A DNA stretch of 64,000 nucleotides, from the NCBI RefSeq assembly GCF_963921235.1, contig NC_086109.1:5024001-5088000 (forward strand), read 5' to 3'. Source of the DNA: Mobula hypostoma. Its lineage: Eukaryota. How positions within the stretch are numbered: position 1 is the stretch's first letter; each line of letters opens with the position of its first letter. The position numbers and the translations under genes were made by a program. Under the pieces are notes generated by a model that saw only the letters and a program-made list of their open reading frames with translations, made no database searches and was not told the origin of the DNA. Of the stretch, positions 36,072 through 48,980 are shown piece after piece.

Positions 36072-36232
36072 TGCACATGGTTAAGGTATCGGTCTACAAG
36101 TAGTGCGTGTGGGTAAGGTATCGGTCTACAAGTAGTGCACGTGGGTAAGGTATTGGTCTACAAGTAGTGCACGTGGGTAAGGTATTGGTCTACAAGTTGT
36201 GCATGTGGGTAAGGTATCAGTCTACAAGTCTA
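36072..36232. repeat. 32-bp tandem repeat (about 5 units) inside the Gypsy 3' LTR
   Basis: Unit gtgggtaaggtatcggtctacaagtagtgcac. The other LTR has a single unit (about 40895-40928). Confidence 0.9.
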
Positions 36233-39200
36233 CAGGGGGAGTCATAGGACTAAATGAAATAGATCCATACATTACACTTCCTCGCCCTTTAGATTAATGT
36301 AACATAAAACTGTACGTGTAACAAAACATTCAATTTCCCTTTAACAAACGTATATTCCAATACACATGCTTTCACAATAACAGCCTGTAAGTAACTTCAC
36401 TACACTAAAGGTTCGGTCTTTTGGGTGATAATCTGTTTCTTTCAGGAAAGCGCCTCTGGACCTGTGGAGTGGCATTGGGTTTGGCAGGTGTCTTGTCAAA
36501 GACAACTTTCTCTGTTGCAGGTGTCATGTTGCCGTTAGTGACATGATCATCACTGAGAGGCAAGTCTGGCAGCTGTGATGTATCTGTCTTGATGGATGCT
36601 GTCAGCTCAGGTGCTGAGCATCCCGCGCCTGGTCCACATGATGTCTCCATGTATAATTTCCAACATCTACTGGGTACAGGTCATGTAGCTATCCTACCGG
36701 GTGTCCACTTGTCTTCTTGGTGCTAGGACTTCCTGTCCAAGCTTGAAGCTCCTTGTACTTCCCTCAAGAGGTCTGGTTTCAGGAGATCTCAGATTCCTGC
36801 TCGTGAACAGCATTGCAGGTGTTTGATTTGTCATTGCATGAATAGAGTTCCGATACACTTAAAGGAAGTTGTCCACCTTGTGCTGTAGAGAAATGCTCTC
36901 CTTGTCCATCACTTTAATGGACTTCTTGAAGGTTTGGACAAACCTTTCAGCTAACCCATTCATTGCTGGGTGGTGAGGAGATGACCTGAAATGTTTGATG
37001 CCATTTTTCTTCATGAATAGTTTGAATTCTTCTGACGTGTATTGTGGTCTGTTGTCAATCACAATTTGTTCTGGTAAGCCATTTCAGGAGAAGGTAGTCC
37101 TCAGAATCTTCTCTGAAGTGGTTGGAATGACCTCTGGTCACTTCAAATGAGCATCTACAGTAATCAGAAACATGGAGTCCATGAATGGCCCAGAAAAGTC
37201 AATATTCTCTTTTTGCCATGGTGAAGATGGCCACTCCTATGGATGTAAATGTGCCTGTAGGGGTGCATCTTGAACTTTTTGGCATCTTGAACAACTTTTG
37301 GTCAAGTCTTGAATGTCTATCGATTCCTGGCCACCACACATAGCTCCAGACAAGACTCCTCATCTTGACTGTACTCAGGTGTCCTTCATGCAGATTCTCT
37401 AACACTCTGGTGTGCAGTTTAGAGGGAACCACAACACAAAATCCAGACATCAGTGTTCTTTGACATACAGACAGTTGGTCTTGTCTCACTGAGAACTCCA
37501 GAAACATAAGATTACCATGAGCTGGCCACACTTGCAAAGTGATGCCTTTGACTTTTGACAATGTCGGGTCATTCCTTTTACTCTTTGTATTTTAGAACTT
37601 GTTACCGGCAACTGGTCCACCAATGCGGTGTGGAACATGTCTGCTGGGTCACAGCATGAAGATTTTTCTTCTTCAGTTGCCAACAGTGGAAGACGTGACA
37701 AGCCTTCAGTGTTGCTGTGTTGTTTGGTACCCTAGAACTCTATGTTGTAAGAGTGGACTCCTGTGAAAAGTGCCCAATATTGCAACCGGGTAGCAGTCAT
37801 CGCTGAGATTCCAAACACAAGGGGTTGGTGATCTGTCACTGGAGTAAACTTTCGTTCATAGAGGTAGTGATGGAACTTTATTCCCCATACTAGACTATGG
37901 ACTTCTCGGTCAGCCTGGGTGTAGTTGCACTCTGCGCTCCTCAGTGGTCTTGAAGCAAATGCAATTGGACATTCAGATCCATCTTTCATAACGTGTGACA
38001 AAATGGCTCCTATGGCATAAGGGGATGTATCACACACCAGTCCGATGGGCAGGGATGGGTCATAATGGGTGAGCAGTTCACCTAATATTACTAGTCTCTT
38101 TGTCTCCTTGAATACTCTTTCACATCTTTCTGACCGCTCCCACTTTGCCCATGTTTGCAACAGTGCGTTCAATGAATGTAGCACTGTGGCAATGTTTGGG
38201 AGAGACTGGTGGTGTTAGTTTACAAGGCCCAAGCTTGACCTGAGTTGTGACACATTCTCCGGTTTGGGTGCCTGTAGCACGGCTTCAATCTTCTCTTGTG
38301 ACTGATGGAAGCCCTGCTTGTCAATGACATGTCCACAATATGAGTTTTCATTCTTAAAAAACTCACACTTCTCTCTCCTTGCGCACAGACCACACTCACT
38401 CAGCCTGGTAAGCAATCTACCAAGGTTCTGGAGGTGCTTTTCATCATTTTCTCCAGTCACGACGATGCCATCAAGGTAACATTGTATTCCTGGGATTTCT
38501 GGGAGCACTTGGTCCATTGCTCCTTGCCAAATTGCTGGAGCTGATGCAACACCAAAGTCGAGAGGATATTACTGGAACAGTCCCTTGTGAGTGTTGATTG
38601 TGATGAACTTCCTGCTTCACTCCTCAATCTCCATTTGCAGATAGGCTTGTAACAAGTCAATCTTTGAAAACCTTTCCTTGCCTGCTAAAGATGCAAAGAT
38701 GTCTTCTATTTGTGGTAGGAGGGATGATACTCACTTTGAAAACCCAGCATATACAAGCAGCTCCAGGCTTCACTTTTTTTGATTACTAGGACAATGGGTG
38801 TAGTCCAATTGCTGCATTCAACCTTGGGGAGAAGGTCAGACACCTCCAAGCTCTGAAGTTCACCATCCACTTTAGCATGTAGTGCGTAAGGCACTGGATG
38901 CACTTAATGGAATCCTGGTGTTGCTGCTTCATCCAGTTCAATTCTGGCCTTCATGCCTCTGAGTTTACCAATCCCCTTCTCAAACATCTTCTGATTAGCA
39001 TTAAGCAGCTGTGACAGTCTCTGGTTAGTACCAGCATTTGAGTTGCAGTTGCCTGTTGATGACACTTTGAGAAATTTGATTGTGTGCCAGTCTGGTTAGA
39101 TTTTTCTCAACTATTCACATCCAAAAGGTGCTGGCTCTCCACATTTTGACACATAAAACTCTAAGTTCTATGTTTTGTCCTTATACATTATATTTACTTT

Positions 39201-39932
39201 CAGTTGCCTTTGGGAGACATTTGTTCGCCTGTGTAAGTCTTTAGCATCACTGAGGTCTTTTCTAATGGTAGCTTAGAAAACAGTCTGTTGTAGTTAGCCT
39301 CTGAAATAACAGACAAAGCTAACCCTGTATCCAGCTCCATTTTCAGTTCTACACCAGACATATCTGTTGTGATCCATATGATTTTGTGATCTGCTTCAAT
39401 AATGTACTAGGCATGACAGCTCACCTTTGTCAAACTCTGTGTTTTCTGATTCAGTGTCCTGTTCAGTCACTTTGTGCATTTGTTTAGTTTTGAGTTTGAA
39501 ACTTTTCAGTCTGTGTGGTTTTTGTCTTTGGTTGTGCTTTTTGTAAGACTTGCACACTCTCTCTATGGGACTTTAAAAACTTTTTTCCTATGAACCAACA
39601 GTCATTTGCTTCATGGGAGGATTTACCACATCGATAACATTTTGGCTTTTTGCACTATTCAGGTACATTTTCTGTGTTTCACACTCTAAACTCTTTTTCT
39701 GTAGTTCTGATGCATCTTTTTTTGCTGTCTCCAATGATATTACAATGGTCAGTGCCCATTCTGAGCTGAGGTCTCTTTCTAACAGTAGCTACAAGCCTGT
39801 CTCTTAATGATCAGAAAATCCATTTCCAAAGTCACAGTATTGGCAAAGTTTGCACAGTTTTGCAATGTATTCAGAAATATTTTTATCTTTGCCTGGTTCC
39901 TTTTGTGAAATCTAAATCTCCCAGCTATTACT

Positions 39933-40515
39933 CACAACACGCTGGAGGAACTCTGCAGGTCGGGCAGCATCAGTGAAAACGGTGAGTCGGCCGTTTCGGG
40001 CCGGAACCCTTCGTCAGGACTGAAGAAAGAAGGTGGGGGAGGGCTGAAAGAAGGCTGGTCGGTTCAGTTGAAACATCAGTAATTTGAAAGACAAAGGGGT
40101 GGGGGAGGGGAAGCAGGGACATCATAGGCAGGAAAACAATGGGTAGTAGAAGAAGGAGGCGGAACCATGAGGGATGTGATAGGCAGCTGGGGGAGGGGGT
40201 AGAGTGAAATAGGGATAGAGGAAGGGAGGGGGAGGTAATTACCAGAAGTTGTTGAATTCTATGTTCATACCAAGGGGCTGGAGACTACCTAGACAGTATG
40301 TGAGGTGTTGCTCCTCCAACCTGAGTTTAGCCTCATCGTGGCAGTAGAGGAGGCCATGTATGGACATATCTGAACGGGAATAGGAAGCAGAGTTGAAGTG
40401 GGTGGCTACCGGGAGATCCTGTCTGTTATGGCGGATGGAGTGGAGGTGCTCGATGAAGCGGTCCCCAAATCTGCGTTGGGTTTAAAACATGGCCTCCTCT
40501 ACTGCCATTACAATA
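39933..40515 (-). mobile_element. Penelope-like fragment inserted in the Gypsy gag region
   Basis: Terminus acgctggaggaactctgcaggtcgggcagcatc, hammerhead motif, GIY-YIG C-terminal remnant. Confidence 0.75.
39984..40022 (-). ncRNA. Minimal hammerhead motif, helix III/triplet mutated
   Basis: Reverse complement cagtc-CTGACGA-a-gggt tccg gccc-GAAA-cggcc-gactc. Confidence 0.45.
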
Positions 40516-41064
40516 CATTTCAACCCTCTCCATATAAGGTTCCCAATCCTCATTAGCACTATCAAATTTCCCGACTAAGGCAATCGTCGTGTTATTTTCA
40601 CTTTAACTTTGCGAGTTGTGCATCTCTCACTGTGTACTGTTACTCATGCATCCCTTTGTTAGTGTCTGTGACGGCCTTCTCCACACTGATTTACTCTTTC
40701 CTCTCGGTGCCCCTTTCCGAATTCTGTCGTCTTGTACCTGTCTGTGTAGTTGGTGATATCCGTTGACATTTAGGTTCATACTCATCGCCAATTTGTTGTG
40801 GATGTGCAACTACATATCAATAAAATAAAAGCACGCACAAGGAGGAGAGGTTAACTGGTATATCCACTTTGGAGAGAGGGGACAACAGATCGATGCACAT
40901 GGGTAATGTATCAGTCAATAAGTAGTGCTAAGGGGAGTCATGTGGTAAAAGAAATAGATCCATACATTGCAAAAACCTCTTACACTACACACCAGCATAT
41001 TGCTTGCAGCCTTGTATTTGCAGTATATTGTAGAAGTCCTAGGCACATGTAAAAAAATTCTGTA

Positions 41065-41365
41065 AGCATAAGAAACATAAGAGATAGGAGCAGGAGTCGG
41101 CCATCTGGTCTGTCGAGCCTGCTCCACCATTCAATAAGTTCATGGCTGATCAGGCCATGGACTGATCTCCACCCACCTGCCTTTTCCCCATAACCCTTAA
41201 TTCCCCAACTATGCAAAAACCTATCCAACCTTGTCTTCAATATATCTACTGAGGTAGCCTCCACTGCTTCATTGGGCAGAGAATTCCACAGAGTCACCAC
41301 CCTCTGGGAAAAGCAGTTCCTCCTCATCTCCATCCTAAATCTACTCCTCTGAGTCCTGAGGCTAT
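41065..41365 (-). mobile_element. CR1-like LINE 3' end
   Basis: FRMEMRRNCFSQRVVTLWNSLP; CTTATGTTT-repeat tail. Confidence 0.85.
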
Positions 41366-41374
41366 GTAAAGTGA

Positions 41375-41742
41375 ACATGCTCTCAAATATAATGAAATCA
41401 GAAGTTTCTATATATCAAAGAAATTATTGTAAAGAGCAGTAAACAGTAAAACTCTAAATCAAATCAATGTCTCATGTGACCACCATTTTCCTTTAAAGCT
41501 GCATCAATTCTCTTAGGTACACACTGTCGTGAAGTTTTATAAGAAAATCGGCTGGTAGGTTGTTCCAAGCATCTTGGTGAACTTGCCACAGTTGGTCTGC
41601 AAACTTTCGCTGTCTCACTTGCTTCTGTCTCTCCAGGTAATCCCAGACAGCCTCAATGATGTGGAGACCAGGGGTCTGTGGAGCCATGCCATTGGAAGCT
41701 ATGTAAAAATCAGGGGTGCCCAATACTTTTGCACAGAACTGT
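41375..41742. mobile_element. Tc1-like transposon remnant
   Basis: - strand PQTPGLHIIEAVWDYLERQ (SPDLNIIE-like motif). Terminal caggggtgcccaatacttttgcacagaactgTA. Confidence 0.7.
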
Positions 41743-41934
41743 ACGTCCTCAAAGTGGCTGACCTGACATGTTTACTTTCACTAGGTTCATTACATCAAGG
41801 TCCCTCTGCACACCAACACATTCAGCATCTCACTACACACTGTTCTATTCCTTTCTGCCAAAAATATATTGTACTCTGGTCATATATTTGGACAGCTTTA
41901 GGCCGGAGATGGCCTGTCCTGGGGTTGGACGACG

Positions 41935-41935
<1 letters not shown>

Positions 41936-41973
<38 letters not shown>
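41936..41973. repeat. (TG)n microsatellite
   Basis: Direct reading. Confidence 0.95.
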
Positions 41974-41975
<2 letters not shown>

Positions 41976-43094
41976 GGGAGGGAGGACTGTGTCTTGCTTT
42001 GCTTATGTATTGTTGCTTGTTGTGTTCTGTGTTGTCCATAAGACCTTAAGAAATAGGAGCAGAATTAGGCCATTTGGCCCGTCAAATGAATGACTCCACC
42101 ATTTCATCATGGCTGATCGGTTTTCCTCTCAACCCCATTCTCCTGCCTTCTCCCCATAGCCTTTCACACCCTGACTAATCAGGAAGCTATCAACCTCTCC
42201 CTTAAATATTCCCAATGACTTAGCCTCCACGGCCATCGTTATTAATCAATTCCACAGATTCACCTCCCTCTGGCTAAAGAAATTCCTCCTCATCTCTCTT
42301 CTTAGAAGGATGTCCTTCTATTTTGAGCTTGTGCCCGCTGGTCCGAGTCTCCCGCCCCAAAGGAAACACCCCCATCACATCCACTCTATCTCGGCCTTTC
42401 CTGCTGGGCATTGTGGGTATGCTGTTGGCATTGTGTGACAACACTTGCACCCAGCACAGTGTTAGGTTGTGTTGATTGTTGACATAAACAATGCGATTCA
42501 CTGTATGTTTTGATATACATGTGTTAAATAAATCTGAATCTGAATCTACAGATGATTAAAAAACCCTTTTCAAGCTGGGGACAGTTGCAGGTCTGTTTCT
42601 GTGAGGCTGAACACCCTAATCCTCTCAGGTTATACACAACCTTTCCAGTCATTAAATGGAACATAGAAAACTACAGCACAGTACAGCCCCTTCGGCCCAC
42701 AATATTGTGGTGACCCTGTAACCTACTCCAACATCAATCTAACCCATTTTTCCTGCATAGGCATCCATGGGAGAACATTACATAAATTAACAAGTAGCCA
42801 CTAATCCAGCAAAAATATAATATTATTTTGCCTCATACGAATTCCCAGTATCATCCTTAATATGCAGCAGCTGAACTCCCGTTTGCTTCACGTTCAGTAG
42901 TATCTGTATCAAGGATAAATGGCTAATCCCACAGCTTTTTATGTTATCGAATTCTAGGCCGGGTCAGTCAGCTTTAGTTATCTAATTCTAATCCGAAGTA
43001 TAAGCTATTTGCAAATGAATTTTACAGAGGTCATGGGGGTATTGGATTCTGAGGTTTTTGATTGAAAGTTCTTTCAGAAGTCAAGAAAGAGGCA

Positions 43095-44070
43095 GCAGGG
43101 ATCAGTGCTGTGTCCATTGTTGTTTGTCATCTATGTCAATAGTGTGGATGATAATGTGGTTAACTGGATCAGCAAATTTGTGGATGACACCAAGATTGGG
43201 GGTGTAGTGGACAGTGAGGAAGGCTATCATGGCTTGCAGCAGGATCTGGACCAGTTGGAAAATGGGCTGAAAAATGTCAGATGGAATTTAATGAGGACAA
43301 ATGCGAGGTGTTGACCTTCAGTAGGACAAACCAGGGCAGGTCTTACACAGTGAAGGGTAGGGCATTGAGGAGCGTGGTAGAACAAAGGAATCTGGGAATA
43401 CAGGTTCATAATTCCCTGAAAATGATGTAGACAAGGTTGTAAAGAAAGCTTTTGGCACCTTGGCCTTCATAAATCAATGTATTGGGTACAGAAGAGGGGA
43501 TGTTATGTTGAAGTTGCATAAGACATTGGTGAAGACTAATTTGGAGTATTGTGTGCATTTCTGGTCACCTACCTAGAGGGGAGAGGTCAACAATGTTGAA
43601 AGAGTACGGAGAAAATTTACAAGCATGTTTCAAGAGGACCTGAGTTATAAGGAAAGATTGAACAGGTTTGGACTTTATTCCTTGGAATGTAGAAGAATGA
43701 GGGGAGATTTGATAGAGGTACACAAAATTATGAGGGGTATAGACAGGGTAAATGCAAGCAAGTTTTTTCCACTGAGGTTGGGTGGGACTACAACCAGAGG
43801 TCATGGGTTACAGGTGAAAAGTGAAAAGTTTAAGGGGAAATTTCTCAGAGGGAGGTGAGAGTGTGGAATGAGCTGCCAAGACAAGTGGCGCATGTAATCT
43901 GGATTTCAGGAGTTCAACGTTTAAGAGAAGTTTGAATAGGTACATAGATGGTAGAGGTATGGAGGGCTATAGTCCCCGTGCAGGTTGCTGGGAGTTGTCA
44001 GTTCAAATGGTTCAGCACAGATTAGATGGGCCCAAGGGCCTGCTTCTGTGCTGTACTTTCCTATGATTCT
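43095..44070 (+). mobile_element. Degenerate CR1-like LINE 3' half
   Basis: QGSVLCPLLFVIYVN..SKFVDDTK..EYCVHFWSP..RGH; 3' UTR gggcccaagggcctgcttctgtgctgta. Confidence 0.85.
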
Positions 44071-44137
44071 ATTATCATTTTATCAAGTGCTAATACAACA
44101 AAGGAAATTGGAAATGTAGAGCTGCAAAAGTGTGGAC

Positions 44138-44452
44138 CCTTCCCCAGCCCCTCCCTCTATCCGCTATCCTCCATCCCTCCGTCTCCCTCCCTCCCTCACC
44201 CTCCCCCGTCCCCGCTCTCCCTCCCTCCCTCACCCTCTCTCTCTCCCTCACCCTCCCCTGCTCTCCCCTCTCCCTCCCCCGCTCTCCCCCCTCCCTCCCC
44301 CCTCTCTCCCCCTCCCTCCCCCTCCCTCCCTCCCTCACCATCCTTCTCTCCCCCCTCCCTCACTCACTCCCCCTCCCTCACTCACTCCCCCTCCCTCACT
44401 CACTCCCCCTCCCTCACTCACTCACTCCCTCCCCCGCCCCGCTCTCTCCCTG
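44138..44452. repeat. Pyrimidine-rich low-complexity tract including an 18-bp tandem (ccccctccctcactcact x4, 44351-44425)
   Basis: Direct reading. Confidence 0.9.
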
Positions 44453-44745
44453 CTGTAATCCCCCGCCGAGGATTTGAGTCTAATCCGCGCCGCTCGCAGC
44501 CCGACCGGACTCAGCCTGTGGCGGGGATTGCGAGCTCGTTGTCCGGCCAGGCTGACCCCCCGGTGCCGCGTCCCCGGGCACTGACCGATGGTCCAGGGCG
44601 GTGCGCTCCCCGGGGGTTCGGCTGTGGGAACCCCGCGATGGGTCGCAAGGAGGAGCGCGTGTGCTGGAAAAAGCAAACGAGCAACATCGCCGACATCTTC
44701 CAGTTAATGGAACTCCTGGGCTCGTGAGTGTGGTCACTGCGGAGG
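44430..44745 (+). promoter_or_regulatory. CpG-rich island over the 5' end of CAMK1G (probable promoter/5' UTR)
   Basis: Dense CpG (ccgcgccgctcgc, cggtgccgcg, gcggtgcgc) against a CpG-depleted background. GC-box ccccgccc near 44431. Overlaps the start codon. Confidence 0.65.
44638..44723 (+). CDS. CAMK1G: CaMKI-gamma-like kinase, coding exon 1
   Basis: ATG at 44638 (gcgATGg). Encodes MGRKEERVCWKKQTSNIADIFQLMELLG+TC, matching the CAMK1G-type N-terminus (MGRKEE..WKKQT.NI). Donor TC|gtgagt, phase 2. Confidence 0.9.
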
Positions 44746-45489
44746 GGGAGGGATAGAGGCGATTGGATGGGGAGAGAGGGATAATGGGGGAGGAAGTGGA
44801 GGGAATGGGAGTGAGGAGGAGGAAGGGAGGGTTGATGGAGCGGTGCGAGAGGGAAGGGAGGTGGGGTGAGGGATGGGGAGGGATGAGGCAGAAGGGAGGG
44901 GTGTGATAGGGTGGGACATGCTGGGATGACTAAGGGTGGGAGGAATGTGAGGAGGTAAGGCAAGAGTTCTATGACTTTGGCTGTAACCCCCCCCCCCATA
45001 TCATAGCAGAAAGTGCTGGAAACAGCAGGTCTGTCAGCATCTCTGGGGGGAGAATCAGTTGAAGTTTCCGGTTGAAGCTTATTGGTTGGAACTGCGGTAG
45101 AGCAAACACAACAGAGACACCGGAAACTGCAGGTTCTGGAATCGATCTGCCGGGGAATCAGAAGGTTGAGCAGCGTCCGTGAGAGTCTGATGCAGGGTTT
45201 CAACCCAAAGTATCCACAATTCCTTCCCCCCTGACCCCCCCAGGGTCAGCATGGAAACAGGCCCTGTGGCCCAGCTGGTCCATGCTGACCACAACATTAA
45301 ACAGTTGGTAGTTTGGACTAAGATCGTTCATCAGACCACAGGACATAGGAGCAAAGTTAGGCTATTCGGTCCATCAAGTATTCTCTGCCATTCGATCAGC
45401 CAATTTATTATCCCTCTCCTGCTTTCTCCCCATAACCTTTGACACCCTTACTAATCAAGAACCTATCAACCTCCACTTTGACTTTGTAT

Positions 45490-45770
45490 ATTAATTTATT
45501 TATGGAGATACATTGTGGAAAATACTCTTCTGGCCCTTCGAGCCATGCTGTCTGGGAAACTCCAGTTTAATCCTAGCCTAATCACAGGACAATTTACAAA
45601 AAGCAGTTAACCTACCAACCAGTACATTTTTGCACTGTGAGAGGAAACCGTAGCACCCGGAGGAAACCCACACGGTCATGGGGAGAAAATACAAACTCCT
45701 TGCAGGCAGTGGTGAGAATTGAACCCGGGTCACTGGTACTGTAAAGCATTGTGCTAACCACTGTGCCACT
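45490..45770 (-). mobile_element. V-SINE (HE1-like)
   Basis: Reverse complement of the V-domain and box A/B. Further - strand copies at about 52050-52295, 61130-61390 and 63240-63560. Confidence 0.8.
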
Positions 45771-45874
45771 CATATTTGCCTCATATAAAGAGCAAATGTA
45801 ATTATAATAACTTATTAGAACAGTTGAATGCAGGATCAGATAGTTTGCGGTTGTTATTATTTAGATTCTCTTTG

Positions 45875-46400
45875 GTTTGACTTTGGTCAGACCCCACTTG
45901 GAATACGGTGCTCAGTTCTGGTCACCTCACTACAGGAAGGATGTGGATACTATGGAGAGAGTGCAGAGGAGACTTACAAGGATGTTGCCTGGATTGGAGA
46001 GCGTGCCTTCTGAGAACAGGTTGAGTGAACTTGGCCTTTTCTCCTTAGATTGACGGAGGATGGGAGGTGACCTGATAGAGGAGTATAAGATGATGAGAGG
46101 CATTGATTGTGTGGATAGTCAGAGGCTAACACGAGGGGGCATAATTTCAAGGTGCTTGGAAATAGGTACGGAGGGAATGTCAGGGGTAAGTTTTTCACAC
46201 AGAGAGTGGTGGGTGCGTGGAAGGCACTGACAGCAAAGGTGGTAGAGTTGGATATAATGTGTCTTTTAAGAGACTCTTAGGTACATGGAGCTTAGAAAAA
46301 TAGAGGGCTATGCAGTAGGGTAATTCTAGGCAGTTACTAGAGTGGGTTACATGGTGGGCCGAAGGGCCTGTAATGTGTTGTAGATTTGTTTAGTTCGTTC
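45875..46400 (+). mobile_element. CR1-like LINE fragment
   Basis: LVRPHLEYGAQFWSP..TQRVVGAW; 3' UTR gggccgaagggcctg. Confidence 0.8.
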
Positions 46401-47754
46401 TGTGCTCGGTTTGTCTGCGTCTGTCTCTCACATGTGAGGCACGTGTTTCACCGTGTGAACCAGCAATGTTCACTGCTACACTGCTCTGACAGCCGTAAGC
46501 AATTCCTTTAGGTGAGCGATACCCAGTGCTGGCTGTGTGAAGTGAGATTAAAACTATCGAAAACGTGAGATCCCTTTCCTTTTAATCTGATTAATTCCTT
46601 TCTCTGGGAGTTATGTTAATATTAGAGCATGTTAAAGTAAAATTGTTTTAGTGCACGGAGAGTGAGGATGTGAATTACTTGCGGACTAACCTGATAAATC
46701 TGTAGTAGTGACATCAGGTACTATTCGTGCCCCTGGCTACTTACCAATCACTCTGACACCGCAAGATTGGAATTAAATCAACAACACTGTCACTTAGAAA
46801 TGGCAATAAACTAATTTGAATTTTCCAGAATTCAGGCACAAATAATTTATTTTCGAGAAGGAGACCCAAGAGGCTGCAGATGCTATAGGCAACTGCTTTA
46901 TTTCCAAATTGCATTTGTCAAGAACAATTTGATTTCAGAGCAACACACAAAATGCCAGAGGAATTCAGTGGCTCAGGCAGCATCGACGGAGAGGATTGGA
47001 CAGTTGGCGTTTTGGGTCAAGACCCTTCATTCAGACGTTGCCAACCTCGGGTCAAGGGTCCTCTTGCTTAGTGGTGTTGGCCCACGGCATAAAGAAGATT
47101 GGGAACCCCTGATAGATGAACGGTCGATTGTTGATTTCTCTCCACAGATGTTGCCTGGAGTTTTCCACACCAGTTCAAGAGCTTGGTTGTTACAGGGTAG
47201 TAACTGTTCCTGAAGCTGGTGGTGTGGGACTAGAGGCTCCTGTACCTCCTGCCCGATGCAGCAGTGAGAACATGGCCCGGATGGTGGGGGCCCTTGATGG
47301 TGGATGCTGCTGGCTATACAGAAACAAGAAACCCTCATGTTACCAGCAGAGCAACTGAAAAAAAACCAGAAAACACTGGAAGAGCTTATTAGATACGCAG
47401 GCTATGACCAAAGGAAGAATGGCTGGAGTTGCTTAACACTTTAGTGCAAGGGTTTTTATTAGGTGCATCAAAAATCAAACTTACAAAAATAGTGAAAAAA
47501 AAACTGCCAATATTTATAAAAAGATATCTACCAGAAATCACAATAATAGCTCTGGGCTATTTTGTCCAGTGTGAACTCCTGGCAGCCCTGATCTCTCTCC
47601 CCTTCTGAGGGCGATCAGTTCCTTTTAACACATTAGGACCTACCATCTTTAATTACCGACAAAGTTAACTTAAGACTACACATAAGTTAGAATATGATGC
47701 ATCCCACAATGTAGTTACAATAATATTACAAAATAAATAAGTACAGTATAAGTT

Positions 47755-48418
47755 CGGTGGTGAAGAAGGCGAATGCAATGTTGGCATTCATTTCTAGAGG
47801 AATAGAGTATAGGAGCAGGGATGTGATGTTGAGGCTCTATAAGGTGCTGGTGAGACCTCACTTGGAGTACTGTGGGCAGTTTTGGTCTCCTTATTTAAGA
47901 AAGGATGTGCTGACGTTGGAGAGGGTTCAGAGAAGATTCACTAGAATGATTCTGGGAATCAGAGGGTTAATATATGAGGAACGTTTGCCTGCTCTTGGAC
48001 TGTATTCCTTGGAGTTTAGAAGAATGAGGGGGGACCTCATAGAAACATTTCGAATGTTGAAAGGCATGGACAGAGTGGATGTGGCAAAGTTGTTTCCCAT
48101 GATGGGGGAGTCTAGTACAAGAAGGCATGACTTAAGGATTGAAGGGCGCCCATTCAGAACAGAGATGCAAAGAAATTTTTTTAGCCAGAGGGTGGTGAAT
48201 CTGTGGAATTTGTTGCCACGGGCAGCAGTGGGGGCCAAGTCATTGGGTGTATTTAAGGCAGAGATTGATAGGTATCTGAGTAGCCAGGGCATCAAAGGTT
48301 ATGGTGAGAAGGCGGGGGAGTGGGACTAAATAGGAGAATGGATCAGTTCATGATAAAATGGCGGAGCAGACTCAATGGGCTGAATGGCCGACTTCTGCTC
48401 CTTTGTCTTATGGTCTTA
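47755..48418 (+). mobile_element. CR1-like LINE 3' end, young
   Basis: 190-aa ORF 47757-48329 (KANAMLAFISRGIEYRSRDVMLRLYKVLVRPHLEYC); TCTTATGG tail. Confidence 0.9.
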
Positions 48419-48980
48419 TAGTATACAACAACATTACTAAAGAAATGGAATATTCTGCTGCGTATGTCAGGAAAGGCACCATAAAGCCAACCTGAGTGAA
48501 TCAGCTTGGTTTAGGGCCCATTATGAGAATATACCGGGGAAGACATTGAAGTACACACGCTCAGCACCATGGTGGCAGAATGACAAGGCAGTGTTTGTGT
48601 GTGTGAACGCACGTGTGTAAGGAGCGTGTTTACCGAGTGCTCTCTGTCACAGAGCTCATCCATTCAAGCAGCATCTGATGAAAGCGAACCCTGTTCTGAA
48701 GCATTGACTGGTTGCTCTTTCCACAGATGCTGCTTGACTGCCTGGGTTCTTCCAACACTTCCAGTTCCAGTATCTGCAGTTTTATTTATTTTGAATGTTT
48801 TTAAATACTCTGCCTCTTGGTCTGTGGGTTAAGGAAACTGGAGACCAGCAAGGCAGCTCACTGTTACTGAGTGGGCATGCAGAACAACTGGCAGCTCCAC
48901 AGCTGTGCGTCATATGTTAAGGCCTCACTGTTGCCGATTACAAATGACGTGTGTAACAAAATTGTTCCTTTCCTTTGCAG

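Larger units (their letters stand above)
35975..40971 (-). mobile_element. Degenerate full-length Gypsy/Ty3 LTR retrotransposon
   Basis: LTRs 40794-40971 and 35975-36276 (TG..CA). PBS TGGCGATGAG (40781-90). PPT AAAGGGCGAGGAAG (36277-90). CCHC knuckle CYRCGKSSHEANDC at about 39600-39640; protease MELDTG at about 39310-39340; RT YLDG; RNase H CDTSPYAIGAIL; integrase HEGHL..WWPGID and NGLAERFVQTFK. Probable TSD AAAGC/AAAAC. Confidence 0.92.

Noticed and set aside
1..44000. miR-205 or other neighbours expected from human CAMK1G synteny
   Set aside because: I did not find TCCTTCATTCCACCGGAGTCTG or recognisable exons by eye. Absence is not proven.
44026..44637. Proline-rich N-terminal extension of the kinase (233-aa ORF)
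   Set aside because: The upstream ATG lies in a CR1 3' UTR and the Pro/Ser run is a low-complexity tract. Homology starts at MGRKEE (44638).
48560..48580. REST/RE1-like site (tcagcaccatgg) in CAMK1G intron 1
   Set aside because: Only the left half matches; the GGACAG right half is absent.
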